Below, one piece after another: positions 38,329-50,994 of a stretch of DNA of 64,000 nt (its first letter is position 1; the number at the start of each line of letters is the position of its first letter). The translations under genes and the position numbers were made by a program. Source of the stretch: Camelus ferus (Eukaryota); assembly GCF_009834535.1 (NCBI RefSeq), contig NC_045698.1, forward strand, positions 2,482,001 to 2,546,000, written 5' to 3'. The notes under the pieces were generated by a model, which did not search any database, was not told the DNA's origin, and saw nothing but the letters and a program-made list of their open reading frames with translations.

Positions 38329-39111
38329 ACCACTGCATTTAAATACTCGCTTCATAATTGAAGCTGATCACACCATTGCTCCTGAGGAGGAAGGGTGGGC
38401 CTCGCCCGTGAAGGTGCTTTGAAGCCTGCCCTGGTCTGGCTTCAGACGACACACACCCCAGCCCAATAAACCCTGGGTGAATTTTCCAAGTTGAAAATAA
38501 TAGTGTTGTTTTCTGTTAATGAAAATTAATAATACCTCAGAGGCCCACTGATTTCCCAATGACGTCTGAAGAAGACACTCATTATTCCCCCAGGGAGCAG
38601 GAACGGTTTTGTTCCCTCACTGCTCACGTACCCCTCGTCCCGAGCAGGACACGGGCAGCACTCAGGACTGGTCCTGTGGTCCAGGACCCCTGGGGGCTGA
38701 TCCCAGGGGCACAGCGAGCGTGGTCTGGATGCAGAAGCAGGCTTCCCACATTCCTCAGAATCCTGTGGTCTCTGTGCTTCCCAGAGGAAAAATGGGGATT
38801 GTTTTGGAGGGTGGGGACACCAGCACAGAGACAGGAAGCTTAGGTGAGGGTGGAGCCAGTGAGGGCACCTGCCTTCCAGCCTGGGGCATCAAGGTAGTTG
38901 AACATTTTTGCTTCTCAAAAGAACGTTCTCAGCATAGATGTGAAGGACCTTTACCCAGCCCTTCTTTGAGGAAGGGGCCAGGGTAGCCTTTTGTTTTTCA
39001 CTTTTTATAAAGCATTGAGCCAACTGCACATGTGTGAGTGTTGCCCACTGATCACATCACAGAATTAACACAAAATCTTGGTTCACCACATCAAATGAAA
39101 ACATACTCCTA

Positions 39112-39271
39112 TGTTCAATATCTTGTAATAAGCTGTAATGGAAAAGAATCTGAAAAAAGTATATATATGTGATGTATAACTGAATTACTTGGCTGTACAC
39201 GTGAAACTAACACAGCATTGTAAATCAACTACACTTCAATTTAAAAACATCAAACAAACAAAACAACAAAA
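39112..39271 (+). mobile_element. 5'-truncated L1 3' end with TSD
   Basis: TTCAATATCTTGTAATAA...TTGTAAATCAACTACACTTCAATTTAAAAA. Flanks AAAACATACTCCTA (39098-39111) and AAAGCATATTCCTA (39272-39285). Confidence 0.85.
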
Positions 39272-40294
39272 AAAGCATATTCCTACCTGAAGACTGAAAC
39301 TGGCCGAAACAACCACGGTTCTGGAACTCCAAGGCCCTGGGTTTTAATTCTGATTTACGCATAATTTGGTCTCCGGTCTACACGCAACTTGGTAATCTCA
39401 ATAATTTTAATATTTAAAATGCTGGGAAAGCTCCTTTCAGCTATTAATGTTGATTAGATTCATGTGTACAGAAAAAAATGATTCCTCAAACAGAGAGAAA
39501 ATGAACAGAATCTCATAAAAGTTTAGATTTAACTTAAAAAGAAAAACAGAAACTCTCTTTACAACCTCACATGTCATAAAAACAGTATAGCTAACTGGAT
39601 AGCCAATCATGTGTATTTTAAAATTAAGCCCCGTTCTCACCCACATTCTTTAGCATTCAGATAATCTAAGTAACTTTTTGGAAAAGCTATTGCCTGTTCA
39701 AGAACTGCCTTCAGTTCTGGAAAGACCTCTTTTTCCCCCAAGGAACTTACCTGGTGGCTGTCGTCACCCTTAGCAGGGTCATGGCTGCATCACCGGAATC
39801 ACCAGGTGGTGTGTGTGCCGCCCCTCGTGGGCACAAATGGACTTGAAGTGACACCACACATGTTTATGGACAGAAAGCCCTCGTCTGAATGGAGTTTTCA
39901 CAACCTAGTGTTATCTTAATCATGTTGTTTGTAGCTTTGTATCATATTGAACAGAATTTTGTGCCCTTGTCTGACTTCTTAAGCTAAATATTCAGAGTAC
40001 AATTTTATATTTTCCTTTGGTGCCCAGAAACTATTCAAATGTCAGTTCTACTGAGGTGCTGTCTGGACCCCAGATGCAGAGAAAGGCGGCCCCCCTCACA
40101 GCAAAGTCTGCTTGTTCTTCTTTTTCAATCCTTACACTTCCCTCTTTTTTCCTTCCCTACTCATCACTCTGAAGCAGTGGTTTCTGCAGCTTCTTTGTTC
40201 CTTCCATTACAATGCTTCCAGTGTTACATTTAATTTGCTGCTCCTGATCTTCTGTTCAGTGGAAAGGGGCTAACTGAGTTTATTTGAATTGTGT

Positions 40295-40910
40295 GTGAGA
40301 ACAGTGCACAGATGCAGCTGCTTGGGAAAAGTCTGGCTGTTCCTCAAAAGCAAAACATCACGTTACCCTGGGACCCAGCAATTCCCCTCCTGGACATCCA
40401 CCCAAGAGAAATGAAGACATATGTCCAGGCAGAAACTTGGCCACGAATGCTCACAGCAGCCTTCTCAAGGACAGCCAGCATTTGGAAACAGCCCAAATGC
40501 CCGTCGACTGCTGAGTGGACAAAGGCAACGAAATACGGTACGTCCTCACAATGGAATATTACCCAGCCACAAACAGGAACGGAAGCCCAGTACCACTGCA
40601 GCCTGGGTGAGCCTTGGGCACACGATGCTAAGAGAGAGAGTCCAGGCGCCGGAGACCACGTGTTCCATGACTCCATTTCCACGTGTCCAGGAGGCGAATC
40701 CATAGACGGAGCAGGTGCATCGGTGGTTGCCTGGACGATGGGAGGGTCGGGTATGATGGTTAAAGTTACAGGGTTTCTTTGCGAGGTGAGAACTTTTGAC
40801 TGCAGTGCTGGCTGCCCAAGTCTGTGAACTGCTAAGAGCCATCGAGGTGCCCGGGAGTGAATCGTGCAGTATATACATTATCCTCAATAAAGCGGTTACC
40901 AAAGCGAAAC
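40295..40910 (+). mobile_element. L1MB-like 3' fragment
   Basis: Translation LPWDPAIPLLDIHPREMKTYV...WKQPKCPS (end of ORF2); ends CCTCAATAAAGCGGTT. Confidence 0.85.
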
Positions 40911-42559
40911 AAAGCAGTGCCCGGGGCTGGGCCGGGGCCTGAGAAACGCTGTGGCCTGGTCTCCTTCCCACGTCCTCTCTGACTTACTGTCTGGCTTCCG
41001 CAGATTTTCTGGAAAGTAAGTTCTGCCACTTTTTGGAAGTTAATTATTTTTTCTGCAAAGATGGTTTCCTGTGTTTAGGGACACATATTTTAGCCCAGCC
41101 GATGGGAAACCTTGACACCAACACCTGAGGAGTTGTTAAGATGTCAGATCAAGGGTGAGAGCGTTTGGGTGACACAAGAAAGGGGGTTCTTTCTGGGCCT
41201 GGCTGGGGCCGGGGGGTGCTGAGGGAGGGGAGAGCAGCCTCCCAGCCCCCCAGGCCCCCTTCCCAGCTCGGCCCCGGGGGCGTGGTCCTGCTCACACACT
41301 GCTCCCCCGAGGGCACGTTGGGGTCCTCTCCGTCCCAAATCAGGGGACAGTGCCCCTTGCAGAAGGCGCTCCACTGCCGTGCTCCCTGCCCCCACCTTGC
41401 TGATGCCCACGGGAGAAGTGGGCACAGGCAGGCGGGGAGTGTCTGGAGATGGAAGGACTGAACCAAGGGTTCTAACATCACACCGCACTTCCAGAAAAAT
41501 CCAAGCTTGAGTTTTCTTGATACGCAGATACCTGGTTCCTGCTGCTAACTCCACTGTGATGCGTCAACTAGTAAAGACGAATTCTATTAGAAAGGAGAGC
41601 AGTGCCCAGGCTGGGGAGCCCCGTCCCAGGAAAGGAGGGAACCCCGGGAAGAGCCTCAGCTCCCGGAGGGACTGAGCCTGCGTGCCAGCACTGTGCCTCG
41701 GGATGACTCTGCCCCAGCATAAAGTAAATGGAATTCTTCTTGGATTCCGGCTGAACACTGAAAACAGACAAGGCCAGACAAACAGAAGGTCAGATCGGAC
41801 AGAACCCAAGATCCTGCATTTTTCCTCTGGTCACGAGAAGAAGCAGATTCCCAAAGTATAGAAAAACCAGGTTGAAAGTGGATTGATGTTTTATGCAATT
41901 GGCTGGCAGGAGATGTTACACTGATGCCACTGTTTAAAAAAAAAAAAATGAGGAGAAGAGAGATGAAGAAGGGGTTTCTTAGGCTAAAATGTCCAGAAGT
42001 AAGTGCGCTCGTGACCATGCGCCAGGCTTTTTCTCATCAGGTGACCCGCAAAGGTGCTGGCACCTGGAGAGCTGGGATGGGGGCCTGAATCAGTCCTCAG
42101 TTCACGATAACGGCGGGTGTCCAGACGGACGGCCATCACAGGCTAATTTACAGCAGCAGCAGCGGGGGAGTAAAACCCTCGGTGGCTTTCCCTCCGAGAC
42201 AAGAATTGAAATCAAAAACAAATTCCTTATAACGATGAAGACAGAGGTGGAGGCAGAAATGAAGAAGGAGATGAAGATGAATGGGGAAGGGGGAGAGGAG
42301 ATGCTGGCGGGGCGAGGAAGTGCATCCCGACACGGTGCTAAAAAAGCATTAAAAAAACCCAAAAACAAACAGACGAAATGGCAGGCACCTCCCGGGATGG
42401 CAGTGCACCGCGGGGACGGCCTCATTTTCTCCCTTCCTGTTGGCAGTTTCTCAGCCGGCTGGAGGCTGAGGGAAATGGGAAGAAGCATCTTTCGACCACA
42501 AACAGATGTGCTTGATAAAGAAAATGCCAGCAAAAATACTGAAGCAGCGTGTCGCAGCA

Positions 42560-43340
42560 GCTTTCTGACAGACAGAGGAAAAAGGTAAAAACGCCCTATC
42601 ATGTCCGACAAGGTGTTCTTTTTGAGATTTAAAGATCACTGTGCAACTTTAAACATGTTTGTCACTTTGGCTGTGACTGGAGCTATCTGGAGCTTCACAA
42701 GAACTTTATCAGCTCGGCCGGGGGGGCAGAAAGCAGCCCGGGCCCATTTATCTCAGCTCGATTCCCTTCAAAGCCAACAAATAAATTACAGTGTACATTT
42801 GATACAAATTGATTTCTTAACTCAAATAACAATGTTGTCCTCCCGGTCGGGCCATGTGTCACTCACTGGCGAGCCTGAGTGAAAGGCTCCATCTGCAGGG
42901 TGACAGGAATGGGGCTGACACTGCGCGGGGAGGGTGCTAATCAGCCAGTGCCGGCCTTTGTGGGGCCCGCGATAAGGGGTCGGCCGCCCCGCCACGCGCT
43001 GCTGTCCCCGCCGCCGCCGGCCCGGAGCTGCCGTCCTATTTCATGTTGGAAATGAGATGGGCCGCGAGGGCTGGGCCGGGAGCCCAGCCGAACTGAAAGG
43101 GAGCCCCACTGAACATCTTCAGCAGATCTTATCAGCCGCAGGAGAAATGAGATGTTGGCAGGGGCCAGGGATGTTCTCAACGCCGAGCAGTTAATGTGGT
43201 GGGGAGGTGGGCCGCCCACTAATTGGATTTGCCCCGGTTTGACAAACAGTGGTGGCCCGCGGCCAGAGACACAGATGCAGGGTGGCTTTTCTTTGTTGAC
43301 ATCCAAGCCTGGGGAGGAAGCGGTAATGCACCCACTCTTT
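42560..43340. promoter_or_regulatory. Candidate enhancer / conserved non-coding element
   Basis: No recognisable repeat; clustered GATA, SOX, TGACAG and TAAT-core motifs around a CpG-rich core. Confidence 0.35.
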
Positions 43341-43351
43341 TTCAAAAAAAC

Positions 43352-43567
43352 TTTTTTTAATTGAAGTATATAGTCAGCTACAATGTGATAATTTCCAGTG
43401 CGCGGCTTCGTGTTTCAGTCTTATGTATACAGTGCAGATATTTCTTTTCATATTCTTTTCCATTATAGTTACTACAAGATACTGAATATACTTCCCTGTG
43501 CTAAGCAGAAGAAACTTACTTGTCTATTTTATATATAGTAGTTAGGATCTGCAAACCCTGACCTCCC
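43352..43567 (-). mobile_element. L1 3'-end fragment
   Basis: TTTTTTTAATTGAAGTATATAGTCAG...TACAAGATACTGAATATACTTCCCTGTGCT. Confidence 0.85.
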
Positions 43568-44232
43568 TTTGGAAGCCGAGGTGTCTTCCTCAAATTCCCA
43601 TCCCCACCGGCCAGGAGCCGCCCTCGGAGGAGACAGAGGTGGGGGCTCTGATTCTCATCAAAGGGGGTCTCAGCTTGCTGGGCCCTGGCAGTAGGTGCAC
43701 ATCCAACCTGGAGGGCCCGGAGAGCTGTCTGGAGGCGGGGAGGGAGCTGGTGGGGGGTGTCGAATCTGGGCAGGTCTCCAGAGCTGAGCCCTGGCTGTGT
43801 CCTCCTGATGGTGCTCAGAGAGCTGTCCCTTCCTACGGTTAAAGAGAAAATCACACACATACCGCGTGTCCCCTGCGGGAGGCACGCAGAGGGGTGCTCC
43901 ACTTCTTAATCCGCCTTTACGTTCACAAGGCGCTTCTCAGCTTTAAAGCTGTGAAGGTGGGATGGAATCTCCCCCCACCCCATAATCTCCACACACGAGG
44001 GCACCTGTGGTTTTTAATATTGACTGATATTTAACTTGGGCCCAGAGCTAGAAATACGGAAATAAGAAATAAGAAATAAGCTCCATCTTAACATCTTCAA
44101 ATGTTAAGATGAGGTCTAGTACAATGACTGATCATTTTATCCAAGATAAATTATTTCAGTTGAATTTAAGTTGGAATTGCATGGTGAGTTTTGCTAAAGT
44201 GTTGATTTTTCCTTAAGTTACAAAACCTCTTT

Positions 44233-44564
44233 TTTTTAAATTGAAGTGTAGTCAGTTACAATGTGTCAGTTTCTGGTGTGCAGCACAACGTCCTAGTCAT
44301 GCATATATGTACACATATATTTGTTTTCATATTCTTTTTCATTAAAGGTTATTATAAGATATTGAAAATAGTTCCCTGTGCTATACAGAAGAAATTTGTT
44401 TTTTTATCTATTTTTATATATAGTGGTTAACATTCACAAATCTCAAACTCCCAAATTTATCCCTTCCCACCCCCATTCTCCAGTAACCATAAAATTGTTT
44501 ACTATGTCTGTGAATCTGTTTCTGTTTTATAAATGAGTTCATTAGTGTCTTCTTTCTTTCTTTT

Positions 44565-44600
<36 letters not shown>

Positions 44601-45269
44601 TTCTTCTTTTCTTTCTTTTCTTTCTTTCTTTCTTTCTTCTTTCTTTCTTTCTTTCTTTCTTTCTTTCCTTCTTTCTTTCTTCCTTTCTTCCTTTCTTTCT
44701 TTCTTCTTTTAGATTCCACATATGTGTGATATCATATGGTATTTATCCCTCTCTTTCTGGCTTATTTCACTTAGAGTGACAATCTCCAGGTCCAACCATG
44801 TTGCTGCAAATAGCATTATTTTATTCCTCTTTATGGCTGAATAGTATTCCCTTGTATAAATATACCACAATTTCTTTACCCAGTCATCTGTCGATGGACA
44901 TTCAGGTTGTTTCCATGTCTTGGCTATTGTAAATAGTGCTGCTGTGAACATTAGGGTGCATGTATCTTTTCAAATTAGAGTTCCCTCCCAATATATGCCA
45001 GGAATGGGATTGCTGGGACATATGGTAAGTCTATTTCTTTTGTTTTTTGAGGAATCTCCATAGTATTTTCCACAGTGGCTGCACCAAACTACATTCCCAC
45101 CAGCAGTGTAGGAGGGCTCCCTTTTCTCCACAGCCCCTCCAGCATTTGTTGTCTGTGGACTTTTGAATGATGGCCATTCTGGCTGGTGTGAGGTGATACC
45201 TCACTGTAGTTTTTTACATTTCTCTGATAGATATTTTGAGCATTTTCTCACATGCCTATTGGCTATTAT
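44233..45269 (-). mobile_element. Young 5'-truncated L1 (about 1.04 kb) with TSD
   Basis: Encodes MFTAALFTIAKTWKQPECPSTDDWVKKLWYIYTREYYSAIK (end of ORF2). TSD AACCTCTTT at 44224-44232 and 45270-45278, followed by AAA. Confidence 0.95.
44548..44710. repeat. (CTTT)n expansion inside the L1 3' UTR
   Basis: About 160 bp of pure pyrimidines. Confidence 0.95.
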
Positions 45270-46309
45270 AACCTCTTTAAATTATTCTACAAAATTTTTC
45301 ACCATTCAAAAGCCCTAAGATAGCAGTTCAGTCCAGGCAGTCTGAGGTTCCAATAGTATACTGTCCCCAGGAGAGAAACAGCCCATTAGCAAATGCCCCG
45401 GTGACAGGTGTATAATTTCTCTAACACTTTTTTCCAGGTACCTTGAAAACGCCCTGCATTATCAATGTTCAACTTAACCAATTCATATAAAACCAAACTG
45501 AGTTCAGGAAGGTTTTCTTAGTGGGTACATACATCAGAGAATGTGTGTGATTAAAATCATTTGCAGTGTCTACTTTTCCCTGCCCAGCAATACTTTATCA
45601 AGGGACAACTACTGTCATAGCGCTGGATGGCAGTTTCAAGGGAGAAAAGAAGGGTAGTTAAGGATTTGCCATCCAAGGGCTCCCGATCGAGTTGACTTCA
45701 TTTGGAAATCTAGGGGCATCCACACACCCTTCCTGTGTATGACTCCGTGTCAGTGGAGAGAGACTGACAGGAATCACGCAGGTTCAGAAATCTGCTGTTC
45801 CTCATACAGGTGGCTTAGAGAAGGCTGCTGGAGCCCGAGGCTGCAGGACATTGCCTTCCTTCCCTTTTGCACCATCCACAACGCAGCATCACAGTCAAGG
45901 AGGCGCGTAAGTGCTGGCCCTCGCTGGGCCCCACGGGAGGCAGTGGGAGGCTGGGTGTGGCAGGAGTGCCACGTCCATCAGGCCAGTCTCCGCAGTGTGC
46001 CATGAATGAACTGGAATAATGAATCCACTTTCTTCCCGCTGCAAGTCACTGGACTTCTAGGGAAGGAGCCAGGAGCTGCAGCGGAGTCTGCTCTGTGCAG
46101 CCCCTCGGGGAAGGGGCGGAGAAACAGGGGGTGAGGCTCCCCAGAGCGCTCACATCGGAGGACGCCGCCCCGGGACCATCCCCCGTCAGGATACGCAGAG
46201 TCCCTCCTGGTTAACAGAGCTCCAGATTTCACAGCCTCTGTCAGCTGTCTCAAAGTTCAATGAGGTATAAATAATGCTTTTTGGCCTTTTGAGATAGTAA
46301 CCCTATCAA

Positions 46310-47830
46310 TTTATTTATTCAAAACCATTTATCCACTGTTGATACAAGTCTCGGTTAAATCAACCGACAGATTCCCCCAGACTCAAGGAGCTCAAGTCAC
46401 ACAGTTGAGGAAGACAATTGACATCAACTACAAACTTCATTTAAATGTAAATAAAACAGAGTATTGGCAGGTCTGAGTGTCGTGCAGTAAAATGAGTAGG
46501 ACTGGGTCTGGACAGGGACGTCTGGGAGGCCTGAGAGGCCTGTGCTGTTTTGAGTGGAGTGGTTGGAGAAGGTGGTCATCCTGAGAAGGGGTCTTGGTCT
46601 GGAGACTGGAGACGAGATGACGTCGGCTGGGGAAAGAGTGACCAAGGCAGAGGGCGCGGCTGCCCCGAGGCTCCGAGGCCTGAGGTCTGGCTGGAGGATG
46701 AACGAGGGGCCGGCGCCCAGGGAAGGGGCGTAACGTAGGAGACAAAGCAGATAAAATATGGCAGAAAGCCCCGGACTTTTCACTCCAAGTGATGTGGGAG
46801 TCATTGGCAGCTTCCAGAAGAAGAGTGATGCCTTCTTACATTTCGAGGCCCCTCCGGAGCTGCCTGGTTTGAGATGGGCTGCAGGGGTGAGGGTGGAGGC
46901 AAGAAAGCTGTTCAGAGACAAGAATGCCTTCAGCCTTGAGCGCAGCAGCACCAGCGGTGAGAAGCGGTTTGACTCGGTGCAGACGGCAGGGGGCAAGGGG
47001 CAAGGATGTCACTGAACCTTCGGATGGGGGCGTGAAAGCAACGAGGCGTCTGGACCTCTGGCCTGAAGGATGCGCAGGTCGCAGGGGCTGAAGGACCGCT
47101 GTGGAGAGCAGCAGGTCTCGCGGGTACGGCTGGGAGACCAGCACTCTGAGGTGCTCATCACTTTCCGTTAGATGTCTTCACTGATGCTCGGAAGGCAGGA
47201 GACAGCTGAGCTAGTTGGTGCATCTGGGAAACGTCATCCCCTGAACGGTGTGGGAAGCCTCGGTGGCAACACGATCACTAAGGGATGAGGTTGAAGTGAG
47301 AGGAGGAGGTTCCTTGCTCGGAGTCCCTGGGAAGTGGGCGGGTCCGGGCGAAAGGACCTTGAGCTGCAGGGCCCTCGTGCTAGGAGGTGAACCAGGTGTC
47401 TGAAGGGCAGTGAGATGGTCCTGCTGGACAAGGACAAAGACGCTGGAATTGGCAGAGCGACCTAGTAACTTGTGGGCGCCGGGACCTCGTCTGCATCAGG
47501 TGGATATAGGAAAGCCACGCGGGCCAGGCTGCTCAGGGAATGGAGACGGAGCAGGACAGAGCTTCCTGAGGGGTACCTGGTCAGGAGGCAGGAGAAGGGA
47601 AGTTGTGAAAACAGAAGCTGAAGGAAGTGATTCAGCCAAGAGGGCACCTCGGGAGCAGGTGGGGCGAATGGCTGAGATGCCCCTGCTGCGCTCCTGGTGT
47701 ATGTGCTTGGGATGGGAGGGACGGGAGGGGGCAGGAAGCAAAGATTTATCCCCACTGTCCTTTGTTCCTTAAGTGAGAACTGTCGGCATGTGACTAGGAT
47801 CCCTGAAGCTCTGAGATGCCAAGGCAGATG
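46310..47830 (-). mobile_element. L2 (L2a-like) remnant
   Basis: Begins with a reversed L2 tail (TTTATTCAAAACCATTTAT...CTCAAGGAGCTCAAGTC...GAGGAAGACA) followed by the purine-rich reversed L2 body. The right boundary is uncertain. Confidence 0.6.
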
Positions 47831-48959
47831 CAGAAGATTGAGGAGCCCGGGGGTCCCAGCATCTTCGCTACGGCCAGACCACTGAGAGGTGCAGGCTGCC
47901 CGCCAGGGGCAGAGCGGAGAGGGTGGGTGGGCAGAGGCCCGCTTTGGACTTGGTGCCTTCCTGTAACGTCAGTGTTGTATATGATCATTATAAGATGGCA
48001 ACTTGTATCGTAAATCCATTGTCAGCTCAATAAGCAGATGCAGAAACCTGAATTCCAGTTATTTTTCTCTATAAGAGAACATATTGCTTATATTTAAAAT
48101 CTATTTTTGCATCTGTGCTGTTCGAAGACCTAGACTGGGCCAGCCTCTCTTCAAGGGAAGCATCACTAAGAAGGCTGGGATGTGAGCTCATCGCAGCTCT
48201 GCTGCTCTGGGGGGAAGGGGGCAGCTGGCAAGGGACCCCCTCCTGGCCGCAAAGCCCTGGGGCTGTGTGTCTTTGGTCCCGATCATCCCAGGTTGTGCCG
48301 AGCGGCAGCCGTATCAGTTAACGCTCACCGGGCCCTCGTGTTTTATCTCAGAGTTCGCGGTGGCTGCACTACGAGCCCCGGGTGCACAGCAGTGCAGCGT
48401 CCCTCTCGTTTGTTGCAAGTGCTCACAGTGTGCAGGCAGCACGCGACGCCGGGCCCACGCTGGGGGGTGCCTGTCGCAGCGACAGCGCGGTGAGTGTCGT
48501 GGCCCCGCAGTGCAGGTGCAAGCGAAGGCGGTGTCTCCCCAGAGTGGGGCCCCGGCGGGGACACAGGCTCTGGGGGAGCAGAAGCCCAGAGCGGCGGCAG
48601 AGGGACACCCTCTGGACCCTGGGGAGGTAGGCAGCAGACGGAAGGGGCTCCAGGCTTGGCTGGCCCCCCAGATGGAGGTGGGAGGTGGGAGGGAGGGAGG
48701 TGGGAGTCGTGTGGGCCCAGAGAGATCCACCAGCCTGGCCCTTAGAGGACCCCGCGGGAGGGATGGGGAAACGGCCCGGCTCAACAACTCTGTCAGAGAA
48801 GTTGGGAAGCTGTGCGCACACGGACGCCTCCCCTCTGCCGCCTGGACCACACCTCACCCAGGGTCCCCCCCCCCGTCCCCTCCGCGGGCACAGGAAGCCC
48901 AGCCACAGCATGAAGAGCCCCCCCCCCAGCCGCGTGCTCCCCTGGGGGAGCGGGGCCCA

Positions 48960-49378
48960 GCCGGCTTGCTTAGGGACAGGCCGACAAGGTGCTGCGGGCT
49001 GGGCGGCCGGGAGCCTCAGCGCCTCAGTCCGCGGGGCGGGTGTCAGAGCAAGGCGCCAGCAGGGCTGGTTCCCTCTGAGGCTGAGGGACGACGTGGGACA
49101 CATCGCTGTCCTAGGGTTCTGGTGGCCCCTGCCACCCTTCGTGCTCCTGGCTCGCACCTGCGTCACAGCCCTCTCTGCCTCCCTTCCCCCGGCCTCCTCC
49201 TTGCGGGTCACTCTTCTCATAAGCACCCCCGCGTCACTGGGTTAGGGGCCCCCTACTCCAGTGTGACCGCATGTTAACTAGTTAATCCTACAACTGCCCT
49301 GTTTCCAAATCAGGCGACATGATGGGGGTTGGGACTTCAACAGACAGATAATTGGAGGACATGGCTCAACTCGTAACA
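48960..49378 (-). mobile_element. MaLR solo LTR (MLT1B-like)
   Basis: CAGCAGGGCTGGTTCCCTCTGAGGCTGAGGGA...CTACTCCAGTGTGACC...CCCTGTTTCCAAAT...GGGGGTTGGGACTTCAACA...TCAACTCGTAACA. Confidence 0.8.
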
Positions 49379-49499
49379 GTCAGCAAGAGCCGGCGAGCCC
49401 TCCCTCAAACTCTCCATGGGCTCCTCCGGCCCTCTTGCTCCGTGGCTCAGAGCGATAGCTGGCGCCTGCGAATACTCGGAGAGCGCCTGCCACGCTGCA

Positions 49500-49665
49500 G
49501 GGTTGTAGAGGCACCTGCCACGTTTGAGCTCGTTTGATCATGACGACCCTATGCGAGGGGGATGGGTCTCACTTTCCAGGTGTGGAAATGAAGTGGAGGT
49601 TCAGAGAGGTTAAGTGAGCAACTCGAGGACACACAGCAAGGAATTCAGATGCGGGCAGAGGCTGC
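49500..49665 (-). mobile_element. MIR fragment
   Basis: GAGGTTCAGAGAGGTTAAGTGAGC...AGGACACACAGC core. Confidence 0.65.
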
Positions 49666-50422
49666 CCCACCACCTTGCCTCCTGAAGACACAGGCCCAAG
49701 AGCGATCCTTGCTCATTCCTGCTGAGGGAAGGCTTCCTCACACGTGCTGCACTGTATTTAAGCACCTGGGACGGATATAACACTAGAGCATTGTTTTGAG
49801 GCTGGTGGGTTTTTATATATGAAAACAAATCTTGGTGGAAAATTGGTGTGTGTGTGTGTTTAAGAGCATTTCTCTAATTACCTGCTAGAGACACTTTGCC
49901 CCCTAAGCAATCACGATGCCCAGTATTCTGCTTATTCTGGGTGTGTGCTGCAGAAATGGAAAATATTAAATCCAGCCCTGCTCTCTGGGAAAAAACAGAG
50001 TCTACTGAATAAAGGGCAATATTATAAAAAGTGTTCTACAGCAGAAAGGGGCACGTTCCATAAAGATCAATAAGGAAAAGAAAACAATTTAAGCCGAACT
50101 TTGCTTCAAATTAAAATGCAGGTTTATTTTTAAAGAAAGAAAAATCGCCCCTCAGTAGAAGTGTTTGTCTGGGACGCAAACCTCTGATAGAAAATTGGCT
50201 CTGCCTTAAAATAGTTGGTGCATAATGATTTCTTCCTTTAATGTTTTGAGAGTTTTATTATCTTTGGATACATATCAACACATTGTAGATGCAAAAAGGA
50301 GCAGCCTGTGGGCACCAGAGAGAGTTTTCAATAACGTAATTACAGTGTTGTAGCAAAGCGCCCCGTCCGTGCTCTCAGCTCACACTCAGTGCGCACAGGC
50401 TTTCAAAGCATCTAGTGACACC

Positions 50423-50994
50423 TGCCTCAGTCTGCTCAGGTGGCCGTAACAAAATGCCAGGGACTAAGCAGCTCAAATGACAGAACATCGTTTTCTCATG
50501 GTTCTGGAGGCAGGAAGTCCAACATCAAGGTCCTGCAGTTCGGATTCTTGGTGAGGGCTCTCTTCCTGGCTTGAAGACGGCAGCCTTCTTCCTGTGTCCT
50601 CACCTATCAGAGAGGGAGGGAGGGAAGGAGAGAGAGAGAAGACATGGGGATGGAGACAGAGATAGGGATGGAGATGGGGAGAGAGATGGAGATACAGATG
50701 GAGATGAGGGTGGGGAGAGAGAGAGAGAAGAGATGGAGACAGAGAGGTGGAGACAGTGATGGGGATAAGGGGAGAGATGGAGGTAGAGAGACAGGTGGAT
50801 AAGGGGGTGCGGATGGGGAGAGAGATAGAGGGAGCTCTCTGGTGTCTCTTCTTTTTCTTAAGACTCGAATCTTACTGGTTCAGGGCCCCACCCTTCTGCC
50901 CTCACTTCACCTTTATCACATCCAGCAAACACAGTCACGCTGCGGTGACAGCTTCAACACGTGCATCTGTGGGGACGCACTTCGGGTGGGAACA
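50423..50994 (-). mobile_element. MaLR solo LTR (MLT1A-like) split by a purine-rich expansion
   Basis: TCTCATGGTTCTGGAGGCAGGAAGTCCAACATCAAGG...GCCTTCTTCCTGTGTCCTCAC, then a GA-rich tract, then GAGCTCTCTGGTGTCTCTTCTT. Confidence 0.85.
50609..50832. repeat. GA-rich degenerate hexamer repeat (GGAGAT/GGGGAT/GAGACA units)
   Basis: Directly visible. Confidence 0.85.

Noticed and set aside
41989..42611. 199-aa and 169-aa opposing ORFs
   Set aside because: Driven by low-complexity purine-rich sequence; no recognisable protein.
44084..44111. Perfect 11-bp hairpin CATCTTAACAT-6 nt-ATGTTAAGATG
   Set aside because: One such AT-rich stem in 64 kb is compatible with chance, and it is too short for a pre-miRNA.
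44414..44719. Lys/Glu/Arg-rich 101-aa ORF
   Set aside because: It is the translation of the (GAAA)n expansion inside an L1.
48267..49277. 336-aa ORF and overlapping 178-267-aa ORFs
   Set aside because: GC-rich sequence open in several frames, running into an MLT1 LTR, with Pro/Gly/Arg-biased composition and no recognisable domain.
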